A stretch of 64,000 nucleotides of DNA from an uncultured Alphaproteobacteria bacterium (GTDB taxonomy: Bacteria; Pseudomonadota; Alphaproteobacteria; Methylaequorales; Methylaequoraceae). Below the pieces are notes generated by a model. The model was not told the DNA's origin. It saw only the letters and a program-made list of their open reading frames with translations, and made no database searches. Made by a program: the position numbers and the translations under genes. Below are positions 20,116-29,972 of this stretch, one piece after another. Positions within the stretch are counted from its first letter, which is position 1; the number at the start of each line of letters is the position of its first letter. Location: the NCBI GenBank assembly GCA_902625895.1, contig CACODD010000001.1, positions 27,263 through 91,262 on the forward strand, given 5' to 3'.

Positions 20116-21495
20116 CTATTGTATTGATTTATTTTTATTAATTAAGCTTTGAATGTCGCCAAATTGACCACTGTTCATAATACTATCCATGTTTTTATTT
20201 TTTCCCATTTTTTTCATCATTTGACTCATTTTTTTAAATTGTTTAAGCAATTTATTAATATCTTGAACAGTGGTGCCAGATCCTTTTGAGATTCTTATCT
20301 TTCTTGATGCTTTAACTAACTCTGGGTGTATTCTCTCTCTAGGAGTCATAGAATTAATAATCGCTTTTTGTTTTTTAAAAACATCATTATTTTCCATTTT
20401 TTCTTCCATCTTTTCTTTTAGTCCAGAGAGACCTGGTAAGTATTTTAACACACTCTGAATCCCTCCCATCTTAGTCAATTGATCAAGTTGTTTTGAATAG
20501 TCGAGTAAAGTAAATCTTCCTTTCAGAAATTTTTGTTGCATTTGTTTAGCTTCTTGTTCATCTATTTCTTCGGAAGCTTTTTCAACTAAAGTAACAACAT
20601 CTCCCATTCCTAAAATTCTGTTTGCTATTCTATCTGGATGAAATATTTCTATGTCGTCTATTTTTTCTCCAGTACCCATAAATTTGATTGGTTTTTGAGT
20701 GATATGTCTCATTGAAAGTGCGGCACCGCCCCTTGAATCACCGTCAATTCTTGTTAAAATTATTCCAGTTAAATTTACTTGCTCTGAAAAGTTTTTTGCC
20801 GTGTTGACTGCATCTTGACCTGTCATGGAATCTGAAACCAATAATATTTCAGAAAAATTAAATTTTTCTGAAATTTCTTTTACTTCATTCATCATTTTAG
20901 TGTCTATATGATTTCTTCCAGCGCTATCTAGAATTAAAATGTCAAAGTTAGATTTTTTTGCAGATTCAACGGCAATTTGAGCTATTTGTAATGGTGACTT
21001 GTTTTCTTGTGATTCTAATGTTGCTATGTGGTTATCTGCTCCAAGCTTTATTAGTTGTTCCTGTGCAGCTGGCCTGTATATATCGAGAGATGCCATCATT
21101 ATTTTTTTATTATTGTTTTTAGTTATCCACCTCGCAAGCTTAGCAGATGTTGTTGTTTTTCCCGAGCCTTGAAGACCAACCATAAGAAAAAGCACTGGAG
21201 TTTTAGCGTTTAGTTTTAAACTGTCGTTTTCGGAACCCAAAAGTTCGGTAAGTTGGTCATTCACAATTTTTATAATCATTTGATCTGGAGAAATACTTTT
21301 TATGACTTCTTGACCAATTGCCTTGGATTTGACATTTTCTATAAAATCTTTTGCAACAGAAAGAGATACATCTGATTCAAGTAAGGCAATCCTGATTTCT
21401 CTCATCACATTTTGTAAGGTTGAGTCGTCAATGACACCACTTCCCTTAATTTTATCAAAAATATTTGATATTTTTCTTGTTAGATTTTCGAACAT
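20116..21495 (-). CDS. ffh: Signal recognition particle protein Ffh
   Basis: 459 aa; SRP GTPase motifs [15 protein letters not shown] and TRIDGD, plus a Met-rich M domain. Confidence 0.97.
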   Translation of the reverse strand: MFENLTRKISNIFDKIKGSGVIDDSTLQNVMREIRIALLESDVSLSVAKDFIENVKSKAIGQEVIKSISPDQMIIKIVNDQLTELLGSENDSLKLNAKTPVLFLMVGLQGSGKTTTSAKLARWITKNNNKKIMMASLDIYRPAAQEQLIKLGADNHIATLESQENKSPLQIAQIAVESAKKSNFDILILDSAGRNHIDTKMMNEVKEISEKFNFSEILLVSDSMTGQDAVNTAKNFSEQVNLTGIILTRIDGDSRGGAALSMRHITQKPIKFMGTGEKIDDIEIFHPDRIANRILGMGDVVTLVEKASEEIDEQEAKQMQQKFLKGRFTLLDYSKQLDQLTKMGGIQSVLKYLPGLSGLKEKMEEKMENNDVFKKQKAIINSMTPRERIHPELVKASRKIRISKGSGTTVQDINKLLKQFKKMSQMMKKMGKNKNMDSIMNSGQFGDIQSLINKNKSIQ

Positions 21496-21516
21496 TTCTC
21501 TCTATTAATTATAAAC

Positions 21517-21550
21517 AAAAAAAGCCAGTGCACGATACTCGTGGACTGAC
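21517..21550 (-). terminator. Orphan Rho-independent-terminator-like hairpin plus U7 (minus-strand sense) in the ffh/dapF divergent spacer
   Basis: Minus-strand RNA reads GUCAGUCCACG-AGUAU-CGUGCACUGGC-UUUUUUU: an 11-position stem (9 WC pairs, 1 GU, 1 mismatch) followed by a 7-U run. It is the only GC-rich element in any intergenic spacer of the window. No upstream minus-strand gene is present for it to terminate. Confidence 0.45.
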
Positions 21551-21616
21551 TGAATTTATTAATTGTTTTTATATCAAAAAAGAATTAATTCTTAAAGTAA
21601 TTTATTTATAAATACA

Positions 21617-22450
21617 ATGACTGAATTTAACTTTCTAAAAGCTCATGGTCTCGGCAATGATTTTGTAATTTTTACAGAACATTCTAAATTAAATATTTCT
21701 ACGGAGTTGGTAAAGTTTTTATCCGATAGAAAAAAAGGAGTGGGTTGTGACTTGACCGTTTTTTTGAATAAATCAGAAAATAATTATTCTGATCTGGTTG
21801 CTAGATTTTTCAATAAGGATGGATCAGAGGCAGAAGTTTGCGGAAATGCATTGAGATGTATAGGAAATTACTACTTTAAAAAATTTAAAAAAACAAATGT
21901 GACTGTTGAGACAAATTCAGGATTGATCGATGTTGAAAAAAATATCAGTGAAAAAATATCAGTTGATCTTGGAAAACCCAATATTTCGTGGGATAAAATT
22001 CCAATTAAAATTGATGTGGATACTCAAAATTTAGATTTTGATTTTGATTATCTTAAAGGAGGCTTTGCTGTAAATGTTGGAAATCCACATGTAATCTTTT
22101 TTGGTGATTACCTTAATGTTAGAGAATTAAAGAAAGACTCGGAAAAAATCATTAAAACTAATTTTTTTCCGAGTGGGGTAAACGTAAGTATTGTTAAAGT
22201 TTTATCCAGAAGTAAGGTAAATATCCTGACATATGAAAGAGGTGTTGGAATTACAGATGCATGTGGTTCGGGAGCTGGAGCTTCAGTTTTTGCCTCCAAT
22301 AAATTAAATTTTTGTGATAAAAATGTCGAGGTATCAATGGCTGGAGGCAATCTATTTGTTGAAATAACAAGAGATGAGCATATTTTAACTATCGGAGAGG
22401 CAAAAGATGTATTTGTAGGTCAAATTAATTTGAAGGACTATGTACTATGA
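21617..22450 (+). CDS. dapF: Diaminopimelate epimerase
   Basis: 277 aa; GLGNDFV, GNPHVIFF and the second catalytic Cys context ERGVGITDACGSGA. Confidence 0.92.
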   Translation: MTEFNFLKAHGLGNDFVIFTEHSKLNISTELVKFLSDRKKGVGCDLTVFLNKSENNYSDLVARFFNKDGSEAEVCGNALRCIGNYYFKKFKKTNVTVETNSGLIDVEKNISEKISVDLGKPNISWDKIPIKIDVDTQNLDFDFDYLKGGFAVNVGNPHVIFFGDYLNVRELKKDSEKIIKTNFFPSGVNVSIVKVLSRSKVNILTYERGVGITDACGSGAGASVFASNKLNFCDKNVEVSMAGGNLFVEITRDEHILTIGEAKDVFVGQINLKDYVL

Positions 22451-23685
22451 AAAAAGAAGATACTAAAGTTATTAATTTAGGTTGCAGACTCAATTTTTTT
22501 GAGTCAGAAGTTATTAAGAATATTCTTAATCAGGAAAACCTAGAAAAAAAGATTGTCATTAACACTTGCGCTGTTACAAATCAAGCTGTTCGAAAATCAG
22601 TTAGTGAAGTCAAAAAGGCATCTAGAAAATTCCCTAACTATCAAATTTATGTAACAGGTTGTGCGAGTCAAGTTAATGAAAAAGTATTCTCAGATTTAAA
22701 AAACGTTCATAAAATTGTTGATAATAAAAGAAAAACTTTACCTGAAAGTTACACTGATCAAGAAATAAAAGAAGAAAAAGATTTTAATTTTCCTTTCTTA
22801 AAAGATTTTTCATCGAGCCGCACAAGAGCAATGCTACAAATACAGCAGGGATGTGATCACAGATGTACTTTCTGTATTATTCCGTACGGTAGAGGTGACT
22901 CTAAAAGCTTGCCATTTGATCAGATCAATAAACGAGCTGAGAGATTGATCGAAAGTGGTTATAGTGAAATTGTCATAACAGGGGTTGATTTGACATCCTA
23001 TGGCGTTGATCTTCCAGGAAAACCTAAACTTGGGAATATCTTGAGGAGATTGTTAAATTTTCAACCTAAATTAAGAAGATTGAGATTATCCTCAATCGAT
23101 CCAGCAGAAATTGATGACGATTTGATGGATCTTCTATTGAAAGAAAAAAGAATACTTCCTCATCTTCACTTATCCCTTCAGTCAGGAGATAATTTAATTC
23201 TTAAAAGAATGAAAAGAAGACATAATAGAGAAGAAGTTATAAAACTTTGCCATGATTTACGTCTCGTGAGATCTGATTTCACTTTTGGAGCTGATATAAT
23301 TGTTGGATTCCCCACTGAAACAAACCAAATGTTTAAAAATACATTAGAATTGTTAGAAACTTGTGAATTTACAAACGTTCATATTTTTCCTTATTCACCT
23401 AAAGACGGAACTCCGGCATCAAAAATGCCACAAATAAAGGAAGAAGAAAAAAAATTAAGAGTAGAGATTCTTAGGAATAAATGCAAAGACATTCTCCATC
23501 AAAAATTAAATAAAGAAATTGGAAAGTCTTCAAGCATCCTTTTTGAATCTCATAAAATGAGTTATTCTGATGGATACTTTAAGGTTAAAACCAAGGAAAG
23601 TAAAAATTCTATTAAGCCGGGCTCAATAGCTGATGTGCGGATTGTCTCGCGACAAGGAGATTCATTAATTGCTGAATTAAAATAA
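22447..23685 (+). CDS. mtaB: Radical-SAM methylthiotransferase, MiaB/RimO family (MtaB-like)
   Basis: 412 aa; N-terminal UPF0004 Cys residues (GCRLN.., NTCAVT.., TGCA) and radical SAM CDHRCTFCIIP. Size and lack of a clear TRAM domain favour MtaB. Confidence 0.75.
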   Translation: MKKEDTKVINLGCRLNFFESEVIKNILNQENLEKKIVINTCAVTNQAVRKSVSEVKKASRKFPNYQIYVTGCASQVNEKVFSDLKNVHKIVDNKRKTLPESYTDQEIKEEKDFNFPFLKDFSSSRTRAMLQIQQGCDHRCTFCIIPYGRGDSKSLPFDQINKRAERLIESGYSEIVITGVDLTSYGVDLPGKPKLGNILRRLLNFQPKLRRLRLSSIDPAEIDDDLMDLLLKEKRILPHLHLSLQSGDNLILKRMKRRHNREEVIKLCHDLRLVRSDFTFGADIIVGFPTETNQMFKNTLELLETCEFTNVHIFPYSPKDGTPASKMPQIKEEEKKLRVEILRNKCKDILHQKLNKEIGKSSSILFESHKMSYSDGYFKVKTKESKNSIKPGSIADVRIVSRQGDSLIAELK

Positions 23686-23687
23686 AT

Positions 23688-24599
23688 ATGGTTGTTGGTT
23701 GGTTTAAAAAGTTAAAGACAAGTTTATCAAAATCATCAGATAAGATATCTGGTGGAATAAAAAAAATCTTAAAAAGTAAAAAGATTGATGAATCCACCTT
23801 AGAAGAGTTAGAAGAACTAATGATTTCTTCTGATCTTGGAGTGGAGTCGTCATCAAAAATTATTCAAGAATTAAAAAAATCAAAATTACTCAATCCTAGC
23901 TCAGAAAAAGTAAAGGAGATTATAAAAAAAAAACTAAAAGAGACTCTCGCCCCGCTTGAAAAAAAGATTAACTTAACAAAAAATTTATTTGTTATTTTAG
24001 TAGTAGGGGTTAATGGAGTTGGAAAAACTGCTACTATAGGAAAGCTTGCTGAGAAATTTTTTAAAGATGGAAAAAAAGTAGGAATGGTTGCAGCTGACAC
24101 TTTTCGTGCAGCAGCAGTGGAGCAGCTAAAAATTTGGGCAGACAGAACGAAATCTGAATTTTTTTCTGCAAAAGAACTTTCTGATCCTGCAGCTCTAGCG
24201 TACAAGTCGGTGATTACAGCAACAGAAAAAAAACTTGATATTCTTCTTATTGATACAGCCGGCAGATTACATAATAAAACTGATTTGATGAACGAGTTAT
24301 CAAAAATAATTAGAGTAATAAAAAAAATTGACGAATCAATTCCAAGTGAAACTATTTTAATTCTCGATGGGAATATTGGTCAAAACTCGATCAGACAAGC
24401 TGAAGTTTTCAAAGAAATTTGCGATATTGACAGTCTTATTATAACGAAGCTAGATGGATCAGCTAAAGGTGGTGCTTTAATTCCAATAGCTGAGAAACTT
24501 AAGATCCCAATTTCTTTTATTGGAACCGGTGAATCAAAAGAAGATTTAGCGCAATTTGATGCTGATCAATTTTGCTCTGCTTTGCTTGGCATAGAGTAG
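23688..24599 (+). CDS. ftsY: SRP receptor FtsY (short form, no acidic A domain)
   Basis: 303 aa; GVNGVGKTAT, DTAGR and TKLDGSAKGG motifs. Confidence 0.94.
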   Translation: MVVGWFKKLKTSLSKSSDKISGGIKKILKSKKIDESTLEELEELMISSDLGVESSSKIIQELKKSKLLNPSSEKVKEIIKKKLKETLAPLEKKINLTKNLFVILVVGVNGVGKTATIGKLAEKFFKDGKKVGMVAADTFRAAAVEQLKIWADRTKSEFFSAKELSDPAALAYKSVITATEKKLDILLIDTAGRLHNKTDLMNELSKIIRVIKKIDESIPSETILILDGNIGQNSIRQAEVFKEICDIDSLIITKLDGSAKGGALIPIAEKLKIPISFIGTGESKEDLAQFDADQFCSALLGIE

Positions 24600-25753
24600 T
24601 CTCTAGAAATTTTCCACAAATATGAGGGACTTCTGTCAGATATAATAAGTATATTACCTTCGTGATCAATTTCAAAATCTCTTATTCTTCCAATTCTTTT
24701 ATCATCTTTTATAATTATTTCTTGGTCAATTATTTTGGGTCCTTCAAAAACTAATCTGGCTAGTAATTTAGTTTTAGTAGCGCTTACTATTAAGTTTTCC
24801 TTCCATTCGTAAAAGGTTTCACCTTCATAGAATTGAATATTTCCAACAGCGATTGACGGTACCCATGTAATTAAATTTTTGTCATATATATCTTTAAAGT
24901 TTTTTGTTCCAATCTTTCTTCCAGAATATTCCTTTCCTCCCCAAGCAATATCTTTCCATCCATAATTTCCAGCAAATTTTACAATCCCAATATTATCTCC
25001 TCCCATTGGACCATGTTGTGAAAAGTATATTTCACCATTTTTTGGGGAAATAGCCATTCCTTGTGGATTTCTCATACCTATTTGATAGATCTCGGGTAAC
25101 CAATCTTCAAAACCCAAGTATGCTGGGTTATCAGTAGGTATAGTTCCGTCAGTTTTAATTCTAATTATACTACCAGGATGTTTTTGTGGGTTTTGAGCAA
25201 TCATTCCTTTATCTCTCTCACCAAAACCCACAAATAAAAAATCATCTTTAATAACAATTCTTGCTCCCCAGTGTTTGTCGGTATCAAGTTTAGGTTTTGC
25301 TATCAATAACGTTTCTAAGTCTACAATCTCGTTATTTTTAAGTTTACCTCTCGCTACAGCAGTGCTTGAGTAGTTTGATAATCTTCCTATCTTTTTTTTG
25401 TCCTTGAAATCATGACTGTAGGTAAAATAAATGTAATCGTCAGAATGTTTATAGACATCTAATAATCCACCTTGACCATGTCTAAATTCAATGTGTGGAA
25501 TATTATGCTTAATTTGAAAACGGTCACCATTAGATGTATTGATCTTGAATATGTTGCCTTTTTTTTCAGTCACAAGAATATTATCTCTATCTAAAAATGT
25601 AATTGCCCACGGATAGTGAAATTTTTCTTGCGAAATTTTTTGAATATTAAGATTTATTTTTGATTTTTTGTAAGTTTTATAGTCACTAAAATCATTACAG
25701 TTAGAAATTGAAAAAAAAAAAGTATAAATTAATAAAAAAAAGACATGTATCAT
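24566..25753 (-). CDS. PQQ-dependent sugar (glucose/sorbosone) dehydrogenase family beta-propeller, probable lipoprotein
   Basis: 395 aa; signal peptide with lipobox-like SISNC. sGDH-like motifs: ..GQGGLLD.., ..HWGARI.., ..HPGSIIRI..DG..P.DNP.., ..RNPQGMA.., ..HGPMGGD... The 3' end overlaps the ftsY 3' end by 34 nt. Confidence 0.8.
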   Translation of the reverse strand: MIHVFFLLIYTFFFSISNCNDFSDYKTYKKSKINLNIQKISQEKFHYPWAITFLDRDNILVTEKKGNIFKINTSNGDRFQIKHNIPHIEFRHGQGGLLDVYKHSDDYIYFTYSHDFKDKKKIGRLSNYSSTAVARGKLKNNEIVDLETLLIAKPKLDTDKHWGARIVIKDDFLFVGFGERDKGMIAQNPQKHPGSIIRIKTDGTIPTDNPAYLGFEDWLPEIYQIGMRNPQGMAISPKNGEIYFSQHGPMGGDNIGIVKFAGNYGWKDIAWGGKEYSGRKIGTKNFKDIYDKNLITWVPSIAVGNIQFYEGETFYEWKENLIVSATKTKLLARLVFEGPKIIDQEIIIKDDKRIGRIRDFEIDHEGNILIISDRSPSYLWKISRDYSMPSKAEQN

Positions 25754-25807
25754 CTAGAAATATATATTAATTAGTAAAATTATATTAAACTTATTTTTTT
25801 AATAAAA

Positions 25808-26260
25808 ATGGATAAAAGTTACTATCTCAAGAAGCATGGATATTTTTTAGAGGACTTAAAAATTAATCAGGAAGCCCATTACAAAAAAAAAATTTCTGAA
25901 AACGATATCAATCTTTTTTCAAAGGTATCTGGTGATAATAACCCAATTCACATGGACGAAAAATTTGCTCGAAGCTCAATTTTTAAAAAAAGAATTGCAC
26001 ACGGTTTTTTATCAGGAAGTTTAATTTCAACTGTTATAGCGACACAACTACCAGGCCCTGGAAGTATTTATTTGAATCAGAGTCTAAAATTCCTAGCTCC
26101 TGTTTTTATAGGAGATACAATAACTGCAATAGTTACAATTAAGAAAATCGAAATTGAAAAGAGAAAAGTCAATTTATTGACTGAATGTTTTAACTCAAAA
26201 CAAAAAATTCTTACAGGACAAGCAGATATTTTAGTTTCGAAAAAAAAAGATTTTGTCTAA
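25808..26260 (+). CDS. MaoC-like (R)-specific enoyl-CoA hydratase (PhaJ-like single hot-dog)
   Basis: 150 aa; ..FSKVSGDNNPIHMDEKFA..IAHGFL.. hydratase 2 motif. Confidence 0.75.
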   Translation: MDKSYYLKKHGYFLEDLKINQEAHYKKKISENDINLFSKVSGDNNPIHMDEKFARSSIFKKRIAHGFLSGSLISTVIATQLPGPGSIYLNQSLKFLAPVFIGDTITAIVTIKKIEIEKRKVNLLTECFNSKQKILTGQADILVSKKKDFV

Positions 26261-27208
26261 ATGAGAGTTTTTAGAACAACAAAAATTCCTCAAGAATACA
26301 TGAATTCAACGATAGCAATAGGTAACTTTGATGGAGTGCATCAGGGGCATCAGGCCGTAATAAATACAGCAAAAAAAAATTCAAAAACTAAAAACACTAA
26401 ATTTGGTGTTTTAACATTTGAGCCACATCCAAAATGTTATTTTAACAAACAATATGATTATTTCAGGTTAACCCCATTCAGAGAAAAATTTGAAATTTTC
26501 AAATTAGCAAAAATAGATTTTTTAATAAACATTAAATTCGACCACACATTTTTAAATAAAACTGCGATATCTTTTATTGAAAGTGATCTTATTAAAAACC
26601 TTCGCGTAAATACTGTTGTAACAGGATTTGATTTCGTTTTTGGAAATAAAAAAATGGGGAATGTAAAATATATTAATGATTACGTAAACAAGACAAAAGC
26701 TTTTAATTTTATCGTTGTTCCTGAGGTACGAAATTCCGATAATGTTGAAATCTCCTCTTCAAACATAAGAGCATTATTGAAAAAAGGGAATTTAGATCAA
26801 GCTAATGATTTATTGACCCGAAAATGGTCTATCACAGGAAACATTCAAAAAGGTGAAAAAAAAGCAAGGCAAATTGGGTTTAGAACAGCGAACATTAAGA
26901 CTAATAAGTTTTGTCAGATTAGAAAAGGTGTTTACTCAGTAATATTAAAGATTCCAAAGAAATTTGGGGAGAAAAAACTCTTTGGCATTGCGAACTTTGG
27001 GATTAAACCTACATTTAACAAAACAAATCCTCTGCTTGAAGTACACATTTTTAACTTCGAGAATGACATTTATCATGAAAGAATAAAAGTAACTTTTTAC
27101 AAGTTTATAAGAGAAGAAAAAAAATTTGAATCAGTTGAGAAATTGAAGGATCAGATTATAAAAGACATTAATCAAGTAAAAAATGATAAACTATTCAAAA
27201 ACAATTAA
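26261..27208 (+). CDS. ribF: Bifunctional riboflavin kinase / FMN adenylyltransferase
   Basis: 315 aa; IGNFDGVHQGHQ nucleotidyltransferase motif and a C-terminal riboflavin kinase domain (..GFRTANI.., ..GVY..). Confidence 0.92.
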   Translation: MRVFRTTKIPQEYMNSTIAIGNFDGVHQGHQAVINTAKKNSKTKNTKFGVLTFEPHPKCYFNKQYDYFRLTPFREKFEIFKLAKIDFLINIKFDHTFLNKTAISFIESDLIKNLRVNTVVTGFDFVFGNKKMGNVKYINDYVNKTKAFNFIVVPEVRNSDNVEISSSNIRALLKKGNLDQANDLLTRKWSITGNIQKGEKKARQIGFRTANIKTNKFCQIRKGVYSVILKIPKKFGEKKLFGIANFGIKPTFNKTNPLLEVHIFNFENDIYHERIKVTFYKFIREEKKFESVEKLKDQIIKDINQVKNDKLFKNN

Positions 27209-29972
27209 TCTTCCTAAGACCAATTTTAGCATGAAAGCTAACTTGTCAGAAAAGGAAACTCAATGGCTTGAATTTTGGCATAAAAATAAAATTTACGACA
27301 AACTAAAAAAAAAAAATAAAAAAAGTATTAAGTATGTTTTACATGATGGTCCGCCTTATGCAAATGGTGACCTTCACCTTGGTCATGCCTTGAATAAAAT
27401 TTTAAAAGATGTAATTTGCAGATTTAAATTTCAGAGCGCAATGAACGTTGAATATATACCTGGTTGGGATTGTCACGGACTCCCAATCGAATGGAAGGTT
27501 GAGGAGCAGTTTAGAAAATCTGGGAAAAAAAAATCGGAAGTTAATTTGCAAACTTTCCGAGAAGAATGCAGACAGTTTGCAAAGAAATGGGTAAGTATTC
27601 AGAGAGATCAATTTAATAGATTTGGAATTCAGACTGATTGGGAAGAAATTTATTTAACAATGAATAAAAACTCGGAAGTAACGATTGTATCTGAGTTGTT
27701 GAAATTTCTGGAATCAGAACAGTTATATCTTGGATTTAAACCAGTAATGTGGTCTGTTGTTGAACAAACCGCATTAGCCGAAGCTGAAATAGAGTATTTA
27801 GAAAAAAAATCAAAAGCAATTTACGTAAAATTTCCAGTAGAAAACTTTTTGGAAAACGTAAGTGTCATTATTTGGACTACTACACCTTGGACTATTCCAT
27901 GCAATAAGGCAATTGCTTTTTCTAATGATCTTAAATACTCATTAATTGAAATTGATAAAAATATTAAAAGTCTCGCATTAAATAAAAATGACAAGATTAT
28001 ATTAGCCGATAATTTAGTTCAAAATTTTTGTGAAAGTCATTCAATTAGTAACTTTTCAAAAGTAAGTTCAGTTGATTCAGAAAAACTTAAGCAACTAAAA
28101 TGTCAACATCCACTCAGAAATTTAGGATTTGATCATTCAGTCAGTTTATTTGAAGCTGAGCACGTTACTGATGAGGCTGGTACAGGATTAGTTCATATAG
28201 CACCAAATCATGGAGTTGAAGACTTTGAAGTTGGTATAAAAAATGACTTGGATAATTTGCCCACAGTAGATAATTCTGGAGTGTACACTGAAAATGTTCC
28301 CTTTTTTTCAGGTACGCACGTTTACAAAGCCGATGAAGCTGTTATTAATGAATTAAAAAATTCAAATACTCTAGTTAGTTCAGATGATTATTTTCACAGC
28401 TATCCTCATTCCTGGAGGTCCAAGGCACCATTAATTTATAGAGCAACATCTCAATGGTTCATCTCAATGGAAAGAAAAGATCTTCGAAGTAAGGCTCTCA
28501 ATGAAATAGAGAAAGTAAAATGGATACCTGAAAATAGTAAAAACAGAATTAGATCAATGGTGAAAGATCGACCAGATTGGTGTGTGTCAAGACAACGTTC
28601 GTGGGGCGTACCAATTACTATCTTCGTCTCAAAGTTAAATGGTGAACCTCTGATTAATAAACATATTAATATGAAAATATTATCAACTATTAAAAATGAA
28701 GGTATTGACGCTTGGTTCACTAAACCAAAAGATTATTTTTTAAGTGAAATAGCAAATTCAGAAGAATATGAAAAGGTTAGTTCTATTCTTGATGTTTGGT
28801 TTGATTCAGGTTCAAGTCATGTTTATGTTTTAAAAAACAATGGTTTTAATTGCAAAGCTGATCTTTATTTAGAAGGTTCGGATCAGCATCGTGGTTGGTT
28901 TCAATCTTCTTTAATTGAAAGTTGTGCGAACTACGGTGAAAGTCCATTTAAGTCAGTCTTGACACATGGTTTTGTGATCGATGAGAAGGGGAAAAAAATG
29001 TCAAAATCGTTGGGAAATGTGATTTCACCTTCCGATGTAATTAAAAAGTATGGTGCTGATATTTTAAGAATTTGGGTTGCTAATTCAAACTTTAATGAAG
29101 ACATAAAAATAAGTTATCAGAGCTTGGAACGGCAAGCTGAGAGTTATCGAAAAATTAGAAACACAATAAGGTTTATTTTAGGAAATTTAAATAATTTCTC
29201 TTTCGATTCAAAATTAGAACATAAAAGCCTTTTACCATTGGAGAAATTTATAAGGCATAAGCTGTATAACTTGAATAAAGAGATTATCGAGGCTTATGAT
29301 GCGTTTAATTTTCATAGAGTTTTTCAAACGATTCTCAACTTTTGTTCTCAAGAACTTTCTGCTCTATTCTTTGATATAAGAAAAGATGCATTATATTGTG
29401 ATAAAAACAATTCTTTGAATGTAAGATCATCTAAAACGGTCATGACTGACGTTTTTGATTGTTTAATTAGGTGGCTTGCCCCTATAATACCATTCACAAC
29501 CGAGGAAGCTTGGCAGTGTTGGAAAGAGGATGTTAACAAAAACAGTGAACTGAGCTGTCATTTCTTAGAGAATCTTGAACTTCCTGATGAATGGAATGAT
29601 ATCAATTTAAATAATGAATGGTCAAAAATTTTAGAAATTAAAAATGCATTTACTTTTGCCGTTGAACAAAAAAGAAATAAAAAAGAAATCAAATCCAGTT
29701 TAGAAGCAAGCGCTTTCGTTTATTTAAAAGATAATGAGTATAAGAAAATTTCAGAGAATCAAAATTTGAGCGAGATCCTTATCTCAGCGAATATAGAAAT
29801 TTCAGAAGATTACGATGATCAATTTCTCTTTAACTCAGACAAAAAGGAAATAGGGGTAAAAATATTTAAAGAAGAAGGAGATAAATGTCCAAGATGTTGG
29901 AAACTTTATAAACAACTAGATGAAAAAAGTCAGCTTTGTGATAGGTGTATATCGGTAATTAATGAAAATTAA
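27183..29972 (+). CDS. ileS: Isoleucyl-tRNA synthetase
   Basis: 929 aa; HIGH motif (PYANGDLHLGHA), KMSKS motif and a C-terminal Zn motif CPRCW..CDRC. 26-nt overlap with ribF. Confidence 0.97.
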   Translation: MINYSKTINLPKTNFSMKANLSEKETQWLEFWHKNKIYDKLKKKNKKSIKYVLHDGPPYANGDLHLGHALNKILKDVICRFKFQSAMNVEYIPGWDCHGLPIEWKVEEQFRKSGKKKSEVNLQTFREECRQFAKKWVSIQRDQFNRFGIQTDWEEIYLTMNKNSEVTIVSELLKFLESEQLYLGFKPVMWSVVEQTALAEAEIEYLEKKSKAIYVKFPVENFLENVSVIIWTTTPWTIPCNKAIAFSNDLKYSLIEIDKNIKSLALNKNDKIILADNLVQNFCESHSISNFSKVSSVDSEKLKQLKCQHPLRNLGFDHSVSLFEAEHVTDEAGTGLVHIAPNHGVEDFEVGIKNDLDNLPTVDNSGVYTENVPFFSGTHVYKADEAVINELKNSNTLVSSDDYFHSYPHSWRSKAPLIYRATSQWFISMERKDLRSKALNEIEKVKWIPENSKNRIRSMVKDRPDWCVSRQRSWGVPITIFVSKLNGEPLINKHINMKILSTIKNEGIDAWFTKPKDYFLSEIANSEEYEKVSSILDVWFDSGSSHVYVLKNNGFNCKADLYLEGSDQHRGWFQSSLIESCANYGESPFKSVLTHGFVIDEKGKKMSKSLGNVISPSDVIKKYGADILRIWVANSNFNEDIKISYQSLERQAESYRKIRNTIRFILGNLNNFSFDSKLEHKSLLPLEKFIRHKLYNLNKEIIEAYDAFNFHRVFQTILNFCSQELSALFFDIRKDALYCDKNNSLNVRSSKTVMTDVFDCLIRWLAPIIPFTTEEAWQCWKEDVNKNSELSCHFLENLELPDEWNDINLNNEWSKILEIKNAFTFAVEQKRNKKEIKSSLEASAFVYLKDNEYKKISENQNLSEILISANIEISEDYDDQFLFNSDKKEIGVKIFKEEGDKCPRCWKLYKQLDEKSQLCDRCISVINEN

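Noticed and set aside
21496-21616. Replication origin at the major strand switch (18.6 kb minus-strand block on the left, ~16 kb mostly plus-strand block on the right)
   Set aside because: The spacer is only 121 nt and I see no clustered DnaA-box-like (TTATCCACA) repeats; the hairpin arms match at only about 5 of 9 positions. Several further strand switches occur to the right. Testing it properly would need whole-genome cumulative GC skew.
23864-24205. 113-aa minus-strand ORF inside ftsY; similarly 34544-34861 in pgi, 46124-46435 in the DUF374 gene, 45510-45824 in waaA and 58852-59308 in ctaG
   Set aside because: Each is fully contained in a motif-supported gene and has no recognisable features of its own.
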